This document shows positions 1 to 12,880 of a stretch of DNA of 64,000 nucleotides, piece by piece. The stretch lies in NCBI GenBank assembly GCA_028534125.1, contig CM052816.1, positions 80,664,001 to 80,728,000 on the forward strand, in the 5' to 3' direction. Origin of the DNA: Lama glama. Taxonomy: Eukaryota. Below the pieces are notes generated by a model, which worked only from the letters and a program-made list of their open reading frames with translations, was not told the DNA's origin and made no database searches. Position 1 is the first letter of the stretch. Each line of letters begins with the position of its first letter. The position numbers and the translations under genes are program-made.

Positions 1-1504
1 ACAGGCAGGCCCGTGGCTGGGGAGTCTCGGTGTGCACTTACCTCCTATGGTCCAGGAACCATCCTGCATCCCCATTTCTGCAGAGGAAATGGTACTTGCA
101 GGGTCCTGTGATGGTACCTTACAGGTAACAATGAGGGGCTGAAAAGGCTCTATTTTAACCCAAAGGGGGAAAAAATGCTTCTTGAGGAATGTTAGGCCCT
201 ATGACATGCTTTTGGGAAGAGAAGGAGAGGAGGGTTATTCCCAAGGTCCATGCCTGAGACTGCCTGGTTAGGAGGGGTTGGGTGTTGATCCAAGGCTGCA
301 TCTCCGTCCCAGCTAAGTAGAGCCTCCATTGGCTTGCTCAGGGAAGCTCAGTTGCTCTCACCTGAGCTCTGTTGCCAGCGCCCTGAGCTCAGAGCCATGT
401 GCCCAGGCTCCCTAAGAGCTTCATCTATCCTCTTTGGTAGTTGGTCATGGTTTTCCGGCCATGATCTTGGGCAAGCTGACCTCTTTGACCTTCAGTTTTT
501 TTGTTTTTTAAGTGGAGCTGATAACAACACCAGCTTCCTCAAAAGGTTGTTAGAAAGAATAAGCAAAAATATTAAGGTGCTAAAGCCCTGTGTAAAAGTT
601 GGCTCTGTATCACTGCCCTCAGCAAGCACAGCCCACGGGTGAGAAATGATGGTGAACAACTGAGCAGTGGGGGCGGGGATCCCTGCAGCGCGTCTGCAGG
701 TGTAACACGGGGCGCGGCGCTGGAATTTCTGGACACCTGATGCAACACTTTGATCACATGGACTTGTCTGCATTCTTCATGAGCCTGAGATTCACTCCTT
801 AGAATCTTTCTTACTCAATTTATCTATCCTACTGGGGACAATGACAGAAGGATAATCACAACTAGGGGAGCTGAGGTAGTTTCCCAGCAGTCTGAAGGGT
901 GGTTCCTGTACCAGCATCCACCGGGGTGAGTGCCCAGTGCGCAGACCCACCCACCTCCCAGGCAGACTCCACAGCCCTCTGGATTTCTCTGATGCACGTT
1001 AAGTTTGGAAAATACTGGCTTCAAAAGCTTAGCTAATGGGAAAATTTGATGGAATATTTTTCCTTGAAGAGTATTTTTTTTACATTCCAAAAAATAAATG
1101 CCAATTAGGGGCAAAAGCCCTATTTCCAGTTCTGCTATCAAAGACAATGATTTAAAAGCCTAGGTAAGAAGCTGTGCCCTGATTGGCATGATTGGTGTAG
1201 AAAAACCTGGACTAATGACTGCTAGGAAATATTAAACATTTGAAATTCAAATGTTCTGATAAAAGTAAAACACTTTCCTTTCACAATTTGTGGACTACAA
1301 TGTAAGTGGCAGACATTACTCCAAATCAACAGAGACTAGAAGAAATAGTACAATGTAAATGGTGCCCTGCTGTATTAATTCATTAGTACACTTTACATTT
1401 TTAAACTTTATTCCCTCAGGGTCTCTCTATTTCCCACATAAAGCAGTAGTTCTCAAGCTTTGGTATTTGGAAGAAATAACTTATATAGAACTTATTAAAC
1501 TCAA

Positions 1505-1912
1505 CAGATCTTCCTCGACTTATTATGGGGTTACATCCTGATAAACCTACCGTAAGTTGAAAATACCACAAGTTGAAAATTCATGTAATATACCTAACCT
1601 ACCCAGAATCAGAGCTAGCCTAGCCTAACTTAGAGGTGCTCAGAACACACATGAGCCTACAGCTGGGCAAAGCCATCGAACACAAAGCCTATTTTATAAT
1701 AGAGTGTTGAATAGCTCATGTAATGTATTGAATACTGTACTAAAAGTGAAAACCAGAATGGCTGTCAGTTGCTTGCTTTGGTGATCTGCAGCTCACCATT
1801 GCTGCCCAGCATCACAAGAGAGGACCCTACCAAATATCGCTAGTCCAGGAAAAGATCAAAATTCAAAGCACTATTTCTACTGAATGTGCATTGCTTTCAC
1901 ACCACTATAACC
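1505..1912 (+). mobile_element. Tigger3/Golem (MER7-like) DNA transposon remnant, apparently nested in a MER5-like hAT element (~1444-2010)
   Basis: CAGATcttcCTCGACTT...GGGGTTACATCCTGATAAACC start and internal sequence resemble the recalled consensus. Confidence 0.75.
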
Positions 1913-2379
1913 AGTATATATTCCAGACTATCTTCCCCAGATATGGATTCACTAAGTCAAGATTTTAACAAGGACCCTAGGTAATTTTGAAATGAAAGGT
2001 TAGAAGAACTAACCTTTGAAAAACAAACACTTAAAAATTGACTGACCCCTCTGCCCAACTACTCGCCTTCCCTACAAAAATCCTCTTTAAGACAACTTAT
2101 TCAACCGACCTTTCCATGCAGCTGCACATTGAATTAATACTCAATGCAGCATATCCTTTTCCAGAGCCATGAACACAGTAACAACTTTCATTTCCCAGAG
2201 TTGATTTTAAAAAAAATAACTATTCATTATATGAAGAACTGTAATGGCAAATTAACACAGGGTGGTTCTCTGGTCCTATGATGTATGGGCACTCACAAGC
2301 AAATCGAATGCATTAAGTAATGCATTAAATCTCAGTTTCCTGGATTTCTGCCCATAGGATGATGCAATAACAGTGGGCA

Positions 2380-2850
2380 CAGACACTTGCTGTACTTTGT
2401 GGTAACCCAGTATTTTTGAGTTCTGTTCCTACATCTGGGCAATCCCCTCCCGACCTCCTGCTTAGGCAAAGCTCTCCACCAACCTCCCTTGAAACTAGAG
2501 CACAAGGAGCAAGATTTTCCCTTCACTGGGAAGAAGGAGGCAGGCACCCTGGGAATCCAGCTGGCCAGGAGAGGGGAGTGGACCATGGCAGAGAGATGGC
2601 CAGCTTCACTAGGCAGCCCTGGTGGAGGTGGGAGGGCAGAACACCTCCCCAGTGCAGGTGCTACGAGCTGGCCTGCATGTTCTGGAGCAATGGCCGCACC
2701 AGTGCTGCCCTCTGGGGCTGTTCCCTCTTACAGTTTCCTGCTGGACCCCAATCCCCTCCCAGAGGTTCTGTGAAGTACTTAATATATCTTAATGAACTCC
2801 TCTCTGCCTGAACTAGAAGCCAGTTCTGCTGTTTTCTACTAAGAATCTTA
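2380..2850 (+). mobile_element. Old ERVL-class LTR (LTR33/LTR16-like)
   Basis: 3' end resembles ERVL LTR termini (...ctctgcctgaactag...ctaagaatc). Confidence 0.45.
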
Positions 2851-4270
2851 ATAGAGAACAGTAATTGTCCATCTTGCCATCTACAGACATGTATTCTTTA
2901 TTTGAAATGTCATCACATCCACTCTGCTGGATTTTTTTTTAACATAGTCATGCCATTAGTAAAAAAAAGTATTCCTTTTGCATGTTTAAAATAAAACCTG
3001 CATTAAGGCGGAAGGATGCCACTACATTCGAACCCTTCATTGCATGCAGGAAATAAAACTGAAGCACAGGGAGGGGAGAGTTTCCACTACTTACTTGTAC
3101 TTGGATTCTGGAACCCAGTTGGCCAGCCTTCCCTTCAGTGGCCACCTCCTGCCGTATCCAGTTTACATGTTGCCCAGGCTCAGCCACAGATGGAGATTTT
3201 GTCACATAAAGTGCTGCTTCTCAGCATGGTGCTGAGACATTTCGGTGTACTGAGTTCATTCATTCCAGATCACATAAAAAAAGACCTTGGACATCAGTTT
3301 ATGCAGGCAATTGTGAATGACTGAGGTTCCAAATAGTAGGTGCTTTTGAAAATAGTAGCCACAGAAAAAATTCAAGGGGGCCCTCTTATATTTTAGGGAA
3401 AGACCTGGATGAAGCTTTGACTTTTGCTGCCGAACTACCCACATCGGCATTCTCACTGAATAGGAATAAGACTCCAAACAATTGCTAGGAGGGAATGTTC
3501 ATTCCTGACTCCTATTTAGACTCAGTCTCCTGGTCCCTCTCGTCATCCCTCTTCACTCCCCACTCCCCGACGAAGTGGGACAAGTTGTCTGATAGAGGGG
3601 GAACCGGTTTCGTCCCATTAGCCCGATCTCCCTCCTTTGTCGTGAACCAATTAGTCCAGGAAGCAGGTTTTCTCTGCCTCACGTTTTCTCAGGAGACGGT
3701 TTTGAAGCTCTGTCTGGACTGTGTGAAAGAATTTACTTCCGTCTTTGTGGAGAAGGGGCAACTAGCCAAGGGTATTTTAGCTGATTATACCTCAGCCTTG
3801 TCAATGTTGTCATCTGCATACGGAGGGCAAGACTGCCCTCTGCTGCCTGGAGGAGAAATAGCTGTGTGTAGTCACAGATCTGACTTTCCCGGAGTAAATT
3901 CCTTCTACCAGTAGCCAGGGGAGCTTCCCCTTGATAAAAGTTCTGGCATCACTGGAGATTCATAATGAACTTTGAGATATTGAAAACTCCAAGAAGTCAT
4001 ACCTTGAAGAAACTGGTTTACCTAAGTCTCTCCCAGATTGATTACCTTTAAGAGCCTATTGAGAGCACATGACTTCCTATTTTCAAAGTCAACACATAAA
4101 TGCTGCTTTGCACAGGCCACTGTGAGTCTAAATACAATGATCTGTACCTCCAAGGGTGACAGCATCCCTCAGTCATTCTGTCCTCAATTCTACGGTAACC
4201 CTGCCTCTTATTCTCCCAAACTTCCCCATCCCATCTCCCTCCCAAGTCCAGTCACTTTTTCTTTCTTGTG

Positions 4271-4704
4271 TGAAACAAAATGCATATTTTACAGCAAGAT
4301 AAGGAAAATTCAAACATAAAAATTTGCTCTGCCCTTTGGCCTCCTCTCTACCCTCACTGTGCACTGTGTATCTGCACTATACATCGACCGACACCCCCCA
4401 CCCCAGCAGAAATCCTCCTCAACCATCAAGAGCAACCAGTAAGACAACTCCTTAAAGATAAAATTCCTTCTTGCTAAGTGGTCACATGGTGCTTAGATCT
4501 GGATTATGCAAACTGTCAATGATACGTCATTTACTGTACAGCCCTCTGTCTCACAAAACCTATAGAACTGTGCCTTGACTTCTAATGGATGGGGCAGTTC
4601 TCAGAGCTTTCTGAGATGTTCTTTCTCAGTTATAATCCTCACATTTGGTTCGAATAAAATTTTCCATTTCTTTCTTAGATCGACTGATTAATTTTTCGTT
4701 GATG
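4271..4704 (+). mobile_element. ERV1-type solo LTR
   Basis: TG start, AATAAA near 3' end, probable 4-bp TSD TGTG; related copy at ~44350-44548. Confidence 0.7.
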
Positions 4705-6688
4705 TGTGATACCTCCTCTGTCAATTCCTGTCTCTTCTACTCTACAGTCTTGGTTTCAGTTACCCCTTCATTCTTGATCTGCCTCCCATGACTCTGCAGA
4801 CCACATGTGCCTCCAATGCATCCTCCCTCACAATATGCTTCAGAACTATAAGTATTTGACTCCCCTTTCTCTCGCTAGATTGTAAACCCCATGAGGGCAG
4901 GGATCTTGTCCATCTTGTTCACTGCCTAATACAGCACCAGTTCTAGAGCTGGCGCCCAAGGATTTTTACCCCCCGAGCACATGAATTTCTTCAAAGAGAG
5001 TTGTTAAATGCAGCACAGAGGATCTTTGGTCTTTGACAAGTACCATTTGAATGATGTGGAGAGAGTTGAAGTCAGAATACACAAGGACACAGAATACAGT
5101 AGAATAGAAAAGGTGGTGGTGCCTTTAGGTTTAGAGGTTGGAGGCAATTAGGGGAGAAGTTGGTAATATAGGGGGAAAACTGTAGGAGCAAAGTACTGGA
5201 GCAGGTGAGAATAGCATTTTTTTTTTACACTACATATAAAACTCATTGACTCCTCACAACAATTCTATGCAAAAGATGTCATCTACATTTTATGGATAAG
5301 AAAAGAGGCTCAGATTTATCTGAGCTTAAATGAACTTGCCTGAGGTTATACCACTGGTAAGTGACAGAATTAGCATATTAACCCAACAGTCTGTCTCTAA
5401 AACTCATATTTTGTCTGTATGCCACACTTCCTCCCACAGGACCAAGAGCTCCAGTGGACTGGCTGGCCTTAAAGGGAGGAGGAAGAAGATCTCATTCACT
5501 GGGGGGAAAGAAGGAAGCACCCATATAGGTTTCTAGATTTAATGAAGCAGAAAGGAAGCTGGTAGTGTGAAGTGTGATGTGAGATTTGAAAATATAAAGC
5601 CAAGTGATTTTTATAGGCTCTTAGACAGAATCCATCTGGGAGAGAGGTAGGAAATTTGAAGAAAGTAGTGGCAGGAACTGAGAGGCTGGGTCGAGAAACT
5701 TTTCAGGGGGATAAATGTGCAGGTGGAATTGGAGATCATAAATTGGAAGTGGCACAAATTACATATTTTAACAGTGTTCAGTCTCTTGGCTGTAGCATTA
5801 GAGAAAGGTTGAATATTTGTCAATGGGTAAAGCAGAACAAGGATACATGAAAGGTGAGAGTGTTGATGAAAGAAGAATTTGAATGATGGGCCATGGAAGT
5901 CAAGGCTTGGTAAGGAAGAGAAGCAAAAGGCAGCCCGGATCAGAGGGAGACACAGAATGAAGTAAAACACTGGGCTTCTGTTGGACCCAAAAGCAGAAAG
6001 TAATGGCAGAGGACTTTCAGCCCTGGTGGCTAAACAATGATCTCAAAACAAAGATGGAAACCAATGTGCATCTCTGATGAAATGAAGTGTATGAGCTGGG
6101 GATTGCTTTAGCTATAATGCATTAGAAATCTGCCCACAGCAGTTTAATCAAATGGGTGTTTGTTTCTTTCACACAAGAAGTCCAGAGTTTGGCAGGCCAG
6201 GCAGATTCAGCAGACCCACCACATCATCAGTGACCCAAGCTCCATCTACCATTCTGTTCTCAATTATTAACGTGGAGTTTCCATTCTCATGATTACCTCC
6301 TGGGTGAAAGACAGCCACCAGATTGCCATCCAAGCAAAAAGAGGAAGAAAGAACTGGCAAGAAGGGCAGAGACATCAGAAACTAATATAACACTGTAAGT
6401 CAACTATACTTCAATAATTATTTTTTAAGTCAAAAAAAAAAAAAAAAGAAGGACAGGGAAGGGACAAAAGTTTGTTCCAAGAAGCCCCACCCAAGGATTT
6501 CCAGGTCTATCTCATCGGCCAGCTCTGTCTCATAACTGCTCCTGTGAAAAGCTGAGCGTCTTAAGGAGAGTACACTGTCATTCCCAACAAAATCTGCGTT
6601 CAGGAAGTAAGAACTTGGGCAGGCAATTAGCAGCCTGACATACAAGGAGACATCTGTGACCCTAAACCGCCACATCTGAAGATGGAAG

Positions 6689-7170
6689 TGTAAGCAGATA
6701 GGGTAGGGGGTCCCCGGAGAAAGAGAACCAGTTCTGTTTCAATGGTAAAGACCAGCCTGAAGCACTTTCTTGAGCTGTGTTGCGAAATTTAAGCCCCCCT
6801 CAAGTGCTAAACCACCAGATCAACTGGAGCCTAATGAATGATGATGTTGACCTTTTCTGACCCTCGTGACTTAATCAACTCAAGCTTGGATTCTGTCCAA
6901 CTTTGCCCCAATTCTATGCTGAATTCTCCTCTGCTCAGCTCCCTTATAAACATGCACACACAACTCAGACCTCTTCATGAACATGCACGTACCCTTAGTT
7001 TTTTAAAACCTCCCCAATTTTGCTGTTCAGGAAGACACTGCTTTGGGACAAATCTCCAGTGTTCTCCTTACTTGTTGCAAGTCATTAATTCTTCCTCCTC
7101 CAGATCTTTGGCTTGGTTGTGTCCTTTGGCTTGGCACTCACCAAGAGGTGAGCCCAGGTTTCGGGTAACA
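6689..7170 (+). mobile_element. ERV1-type solo LTR
   Basis: TGTAAGC...GGTAACA termini, TATAAA inside, near-TSD GAAG/AAAG. Confidence 0.75.
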
Positions 7171-7619
7171 AAAGCTAAATGGGGCTTTGGCAAATGATGC
7201 AGCAGAGAAAAGGAAGGTCAAATTTAAGTGCTTGAAAAGGATGGAAGTAGCAAGGCTGTTTGTCCTGAAGAGCCCAGGAGGTCTCAGGAATTAGCGGCAT
7301 CAGGTACAGTGGAAGAAAGGGGACTAAACATGAGGGTATTATTTGAAAGTCTGCATAAAGAGTAGTTAGGTCACTGTCTGCAGCCCTACCTTGTGCGGTC
7401 AGGTGATGCTCCACACTCCCCTCCTGGAAGATTGTTGGGACTGCAGCCTTCTGGGATACCAGAGTCCAAGGAGGACAAGGATGAGGTGCTGTTTGGACAT
7501 TGGGAGAGTAAGTTAAAGTCTGCGTATTGAATGATAGCACTTCCCCCCCAACCCCCTCCCACAGGCTGACCCTGCAGCGAGATTGGAAGAAACTTCCATG
7601 AAGAAACTTCACCAACTCT

Positions 7620-9330
7620 ACAGAATTTTATTATAAGGAATAGGATAAGAGCAAAGAATAATCAATGAAACCTAAGGAACCGACATCTGACACCTTTTAA
7701 AATCACCTAAATGATAGAAATTCCACTAAGAACAGAACAGAAGGAAAAACAAACTGCCCACCAGAGCATAAGTCAGGAAAGTTCTCCAGTCTGTGCATGT
7801 ACACACACACACACCCCCCCTAAATTTTGAATGCGTCACTCTTAAACAAAGATCCCAGACAGTTAGGCATACTTATAGTACAACAGATACCAATACATCA
7901 ACAAATCAATTTAAAGACAGTAGAGATAATGCAGTGGAACTGAAGAAAACTGCAGTGTAACTAAAATGAATACCCTGAGATAAGAAATCGAGTTAAAGGG
8001 ACAAAAATACAATGCTTTGATATAAGGAATAACAAAAACATAAGAGAACTCTTGAAAACTTCAAAAAAAATGACAGCTGGAATAAAACACATACACGCAC
8101 AATAGAACTAATGGGAAGAGAAAGTTAAGGAACTCTCTCCTAAAGTAGAGCACCTAAGTAACTGAAGGCCTGTTAGGAGCAGAGGTCAGGGAGGAAGCCG
8201 TCAAAGACAACACAAAAGGCATTTCTCAGAACTGCAGGGCACCCATCATCAGAATGAAAAGGCTACTCACTACCTTGGAAGGCAAAAGACCGACACTGTC
8301 ATCGTGAAATTTAAGAACAATAAGGCTAAAGAAAAGAGACCTAGACCTTTCAGGGAAAAGAGTGCCGGGTAACACACAGAGACCTGAGAGTAGGAACGGA
8401 TTCCTCAGAGAAACATTAGAAGGCAGAGGAAGATGAGAGCAATGCCTTCCAAAGTCTGAAAAAATTTACTGTCAACCAAGAGTTCTAGACCTAAGCCCAC
8501 ACATTCTTCTTTGAAAAGCAGCTGGAAAATCCTGTCCACCAACATGAAACAGTGAACCAAGAGAGAGTAAGACAGGGAATCCAGGTAAGCAGACCAGACA
8601 TGGAGGGGAGGTGGGAGCTGACCCCGGTGAGGCTGCCTGGCGCCCACGCTGCAGCAGGAGCTTGGAAGCTTCTAGGAGGGGCTTGTCTTGGAAGATGAGT
8701 GGATCCAGTGAACTGTCCGTCAGGTGACTTCTGGATGGTAGTTACAGGGGATGGGGATGTTAACTAACCTTATTGTGGTGAACCACTTTGCAGTATTTAT
8801 GTTGATCCAATCATCACATTTTACAACTTAAACTTATTACATATATGTCAATAATACTTCAACAAAGCTGTAGGGAAAATGGACTTTTGGGAAAACTGTA
8901 ATGAAAGGTATAAAACAGAGCTGTTCAAATCAGATATTCAAAGAAAACATTTTAAAAGAGATAATTATTAAGGCCAAAAAGAAAAAAGTTGTACTAGAAA
9001 AAATGTAATCATAGAAAACAATTCAACTTATTAGCGCATAATATTTGTGGACATAGTAACAATAACACCTAATATGGATGTAACAAAAAGTTGAGATATA
9101 TTAGGATGGAGGGAGGAAATGAAGGGCTGTGAATTAGAATCCACATCTGAAACAGTAAGTCAAAAGAGGGGTTCTCAGAGTGATGAGTTGAGAGTAGTGT
9201 CTGGAAACAGGAACAGAAGTTTACGCCAGCACGGCTGAAGTGGTTGCCTGGGAGTATGGGAATCAGATGAGGGTCAAAGGTACAAGAGGCTGGTTTCCTT
9301 ATAGGCCTTTTACCACTATTTGACTTTTTT
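7620..9330 (+). mobile_element. Old L1 fragments, including an L1 3' end at ~8740-8870
   Basis: A-rich + strand with L1 ORF1-like and 3'UTR-like segments. Confidence 0.55.
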
Positions 9331-10088
9331 TTTTTTTTAAGGCAGAGGAGAGTAAGGCTAGTGGGAGAGAATGAGAACCTTCTTCTCACATCGTGCTTTT
9401 CAGCATCAAATGGGAGCTCAGGACCCATACCTACAATGAGTGTGCATTTCCACGCCATCTCCTGGTGCTTCACATGCCCAGTAGTCTGAGAAGCACTGTA
9501 GCAGTCTCAGCGCAGGGGCGGGCCTGAAGGGAGACGCACGCATCCATGGATGTAGTCAAAGTGAGGAAGGGAAGTAAGGGGGTGCACTGGGCACACCAGG
9601 CCATCCAGGGGTTCAGTGTGACCTCAGCCCACCATTCCGGAACCTTCACCCTTTCACTTGCCTAAACCATCTTAACCTGCCTGCTCAGTACTCCTGACTT
9701 TCTGTATCTAGATTTTGGTTTAGGTGCCTATTTACACATTTTGGTACCTACGTTAGTTCTGGAAACCTACTTCACAAAATCTGTCCTTGCAGATGTCATT
9801 GCTGACGCTCTTCTCACATTGCTCCTGTCTGTATTGCCAAGATCGTGTAACTCAGTAACCCAGATGCTCAATATAGTCTAAGCAAATGGGTTCTGTCAAT
9901 TCTTTAAGTTATGAGCCAGAAGAGATCAGAGGGGTAGAATTCTCTTTCCTCCAGGAAAAGAAAAGGAAAAGGAAACAAGACAAACTATAGACATGAGCTT
10001 TCATGGGATAAGAGGGTGGACCCCTCATGCTTCCACTGCAAGTGAGGACTAAGCTGTCAGTTACAAAGAGGAGCCTTGATTCCCAGTC

Positions 10089-10588
10089 NNNNNNNNNNNN
10101 NNNNNNNNNNNNNNNNNNNNNNNNNNNNNNNNNNNNNNNNNNNNNNNNNNNNNNNNNNNNNNNNNNNNNNNNNNNNNNNNNNNNNNNNNNNNNNNNNNNN
10201 NNNNNNNNNNNNNNNNNNNNNNNNNNNNNNNNNNNNNNNNNNNNNNNNNNNNNNNNNNNNNNNNNNNNNNNNNNNNNNNNNNNNNNNNNNNNNNNNNNNN
10301 NNNNNNNNNNNNNNNNNNNNNNNNNNNNNNNNNNNNNNNNNNNNNNNNNNNNNNNNNNNNNNNNNNNNNNNNNNNNNNNNNNNNNNNNNNNNNNNNNNNN
10401 NNNNNNNNNNNNNNNNNNNNNNNNNNNNNNNNNNNNNNNNNNNNNNNNNNNNNNNNNNNNNNNNNNNNNNNNNNNNNNNNNNNNNNNNNNNNNNNNNNNN
10501 NNNNNNNNNNNNNNNNNNNNNNNNNNNNNNNNNNNNNNNNNNNNNNNNNNNNNNNNNNNNNNNNNNNNNNNNNNNNNNNNNNNNNNNN
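10089..10588. other. Assembly gap (500 N)
   Basis: Run of exactly 500 N. Confidence 1.
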
Positions 10589-11354
10589 TGTCTACCTACG
10601 TCTTTATTATACTTTTAAACCTCAAGTTTTGTAAGATTTATAAAACTTCTCTATTTATATATTTATAATAATTATAATATATACTAATATAAATATTAAC
10701 ATATCAGCCACTTGTTGCTTTAAGTGTGAAATACGTATTGAAAAAAACGTAGCTAAACCATAGTTGGTCTTTGGACTATGTTATTACAGAAGCCATTGAA
10801 AATAATTCTCTTAAGTTTTTTTTTTTAAAAAACTGAAGACAAATCCAATCTAAGATACTGTGAATTTTAAAGAAATTAAAAGTCCAATAACCTGTTTTAT
10901 GAATCTGAAATTTTGGTGTCATGAATTGAGAATAAAAGTTCTGGTTCGAATAGAAAATTAGTTTTCCTCAAGGTAAGTACAGATGTTAATTATAAACCTA
11001 TCAAAGGTGAAGTCTTAAGACAGTCATAAGCAAGGCTTAATTACGAAATTCTGAAAAAAAATCCCTATGATTAAAGATCTTATCTCCTTTATTAAAGGCA
11101 GGATTGATTTATGCAAATTAGCTCCCCTTAGAAGTGACCCTAGCAAACAAGCTATTGGAGTTACTGGTGAACTGAAAAGATGTTGCCTTTTTAAAGTAAC
11201 TAAAGAGGAATCTACATGCATCCACGTAAAATTTCTTACTTCTCCAAAACACCACTCACTGGTTAAAAAAAAAAGAAATTCATAAATTATCCCTTATAGC
11301 AGGAAATTTGTATAAAGGATTCTATGGCCCAGAACAGTCTGCTATAAACATGTA

Positions 11355-11600
11355 TTTTTTTTAAATTGAACTATATTGATATACAACATTATATAAGTTA
11401 TAGGTGTACAATATGATTCACAATTTTTTAAGGTTATACTCCATTTTTATAAAACACTGGCTGTATTTCACTGTTGTACAATATATCCTTGTGGCTTATT
11501 TTACACGCTAGTCTGTACCTCTTAATCCCCTTCCCCTGTGTTGCCCCTCCTCTCTTCCCCCTCCCCACTGTAATCATTAATTTGTTCTCTGTATCTGTGA
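11355..11600 (-). mobile_element. Cetartiodactyl-type L1 3' end
   Basis: polyT followed by aattgaa..tattgatatacaac..., typical L1 3'UTR. Confidence 0.7.
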
Positions 11601-11794
11601 AACATATTTCTTTGAAGACTTACCCTTCTTTCTGCACCTGGTTCATATCCCGGTTTGAGAATAGCATACTCTACCCAACTTACCTCATCAGTGTTATAAA
11701 ACATGAAAGATAAATATTGAATTGAATGGTTTGTTCCAGGTAGGTGTGTAGGAGGCAAGGGAAAAAGCAGTTGAAACTGATGTGAATAAAAGCT

Positions 11795-11930
11795 TTTATT
11801 TTTATGTAGCAATCCAATTCTAATCTTTCCTTCATATTAGTGAGATTTTGAAAAAAATTTGTATTTTAGCTGCATTAAGTTTACAAAAACACTCTTCCAC
11901 ATTACATTAGACCATTCCTCATGTTTTATT
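11795..11930 (-). terminator. Candidate TARS1 polyadenylation signals (AATAAA at 11930-11925 and 11800-11795; ATTAAA at 11986-11981)
   Basis: TTTATT on the + strand 240-380 nt past the stop codon. Confidence 0.65.
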
Positions 11931-12172
11931 CCCAGTGCTCAGAAATCTAACGAATAAAATGATTATTTTACTATATCACTTTTAATTACCTCCCGCAAAT
12001 ATACACTATCTAATATCTGTCTAGGTCAGAAAAGGCTGCTCCTGCAGTCACCTCTGCAGACTCTGCCAAACTACTCCCAGGTCAATATAAACTGAGTTTT
12101 ATACCAGAGTACAAGGTTAAGTTATGAAAACATGCTCATCCTTTTCCATTGAGCCAATCTGGGCCAAGCTCT

Positions 12173-12321
12173 TTAAAACTCTTCTTCTGCCTGTTTGCTG
12201 TAGGACTGCTTGAGCTGCTGGAGCCGCTCGATGGTTTCAGAAACAGTACGTTCTCCGTGCACCTTGTTGTCTCTTGTGCGGATATTAACAGTGCCACTGG
12301 TCTTCTCTTTTTCACCAACAA
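12173..12321 (-). CDS. TARS1: TARS1 exon 19 coding part (VVGEKEKTSGTVNIRTRDNKVHGE...SKQAEEEF*)
   Basis: 149 nt including TAA at 12175-12173; gtttag| acceptor. Confidence 0.97.
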
Positions 12322-12765
12322 CTAAACCAAAGAACACAAAGCTTTGCTAGGTAAAAGGATTCTTACTGAACATTCGAATGGAAATCTACCCTGTAGCTTC
12401 TGATTCATTAAAATGTACAGCTGACCAAATCTATTCATTAAAAAGCAAAACAAACCAAAAAAACCCCACCATTTTGCAAAGACTAAAAGTGCTGTTTACT
12501 GAGCCACTTAATCCAGCCAACTTAATCAAAACCCACCATATGAAAAAATAGGAGGTGAAATGGAGAAGACTTTTTAGACAAACCTTTCAAGATTACTCTT
12601 TTTCAAACCAAAATGCTCCTTTGTCATATTAATATAACAAGCATATAGTTTGAGAATCAGGACTGGAAGGAACTACTGATGACACAATTCTCTTAAGCCT
12701 AAATCTCAAGATTTCAAGTTTTCCTCAGGGTGGGCAGATTTTCTCTGCTGAGCTTCCTTTCTTAC

Positions 12766-12880
12766 CCAGGATGAAGTTATACTGGGCTAGCTGTGCATTT
12801 CTGATCTTCTTGTTTAACGTGCAGCCCGGATCCAGATCAATGTCCACCATGAATTTAGCATCGTGGAACTGCTGCCGCAC
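12766..12880 (-). CDS. TARS1: TARS1 exon 18 ([38 protein letters not shown]), anticodon-binding domain
   Basis: 115 nt; aaatag| and G|gtaaga. Confidence 0.97.

Noticed and set aside
10027..10668. 213-aa and 180-aa ORFs in the ORF track
   Set aside because: Artefacts of the 500-N gap
12136..12321. Overlapping 61-aa ORF in exon 19 extending beyond the TARS1 stop
   Set aside because: Alternate frame of the real exon, with no ATG start and no splice evidence
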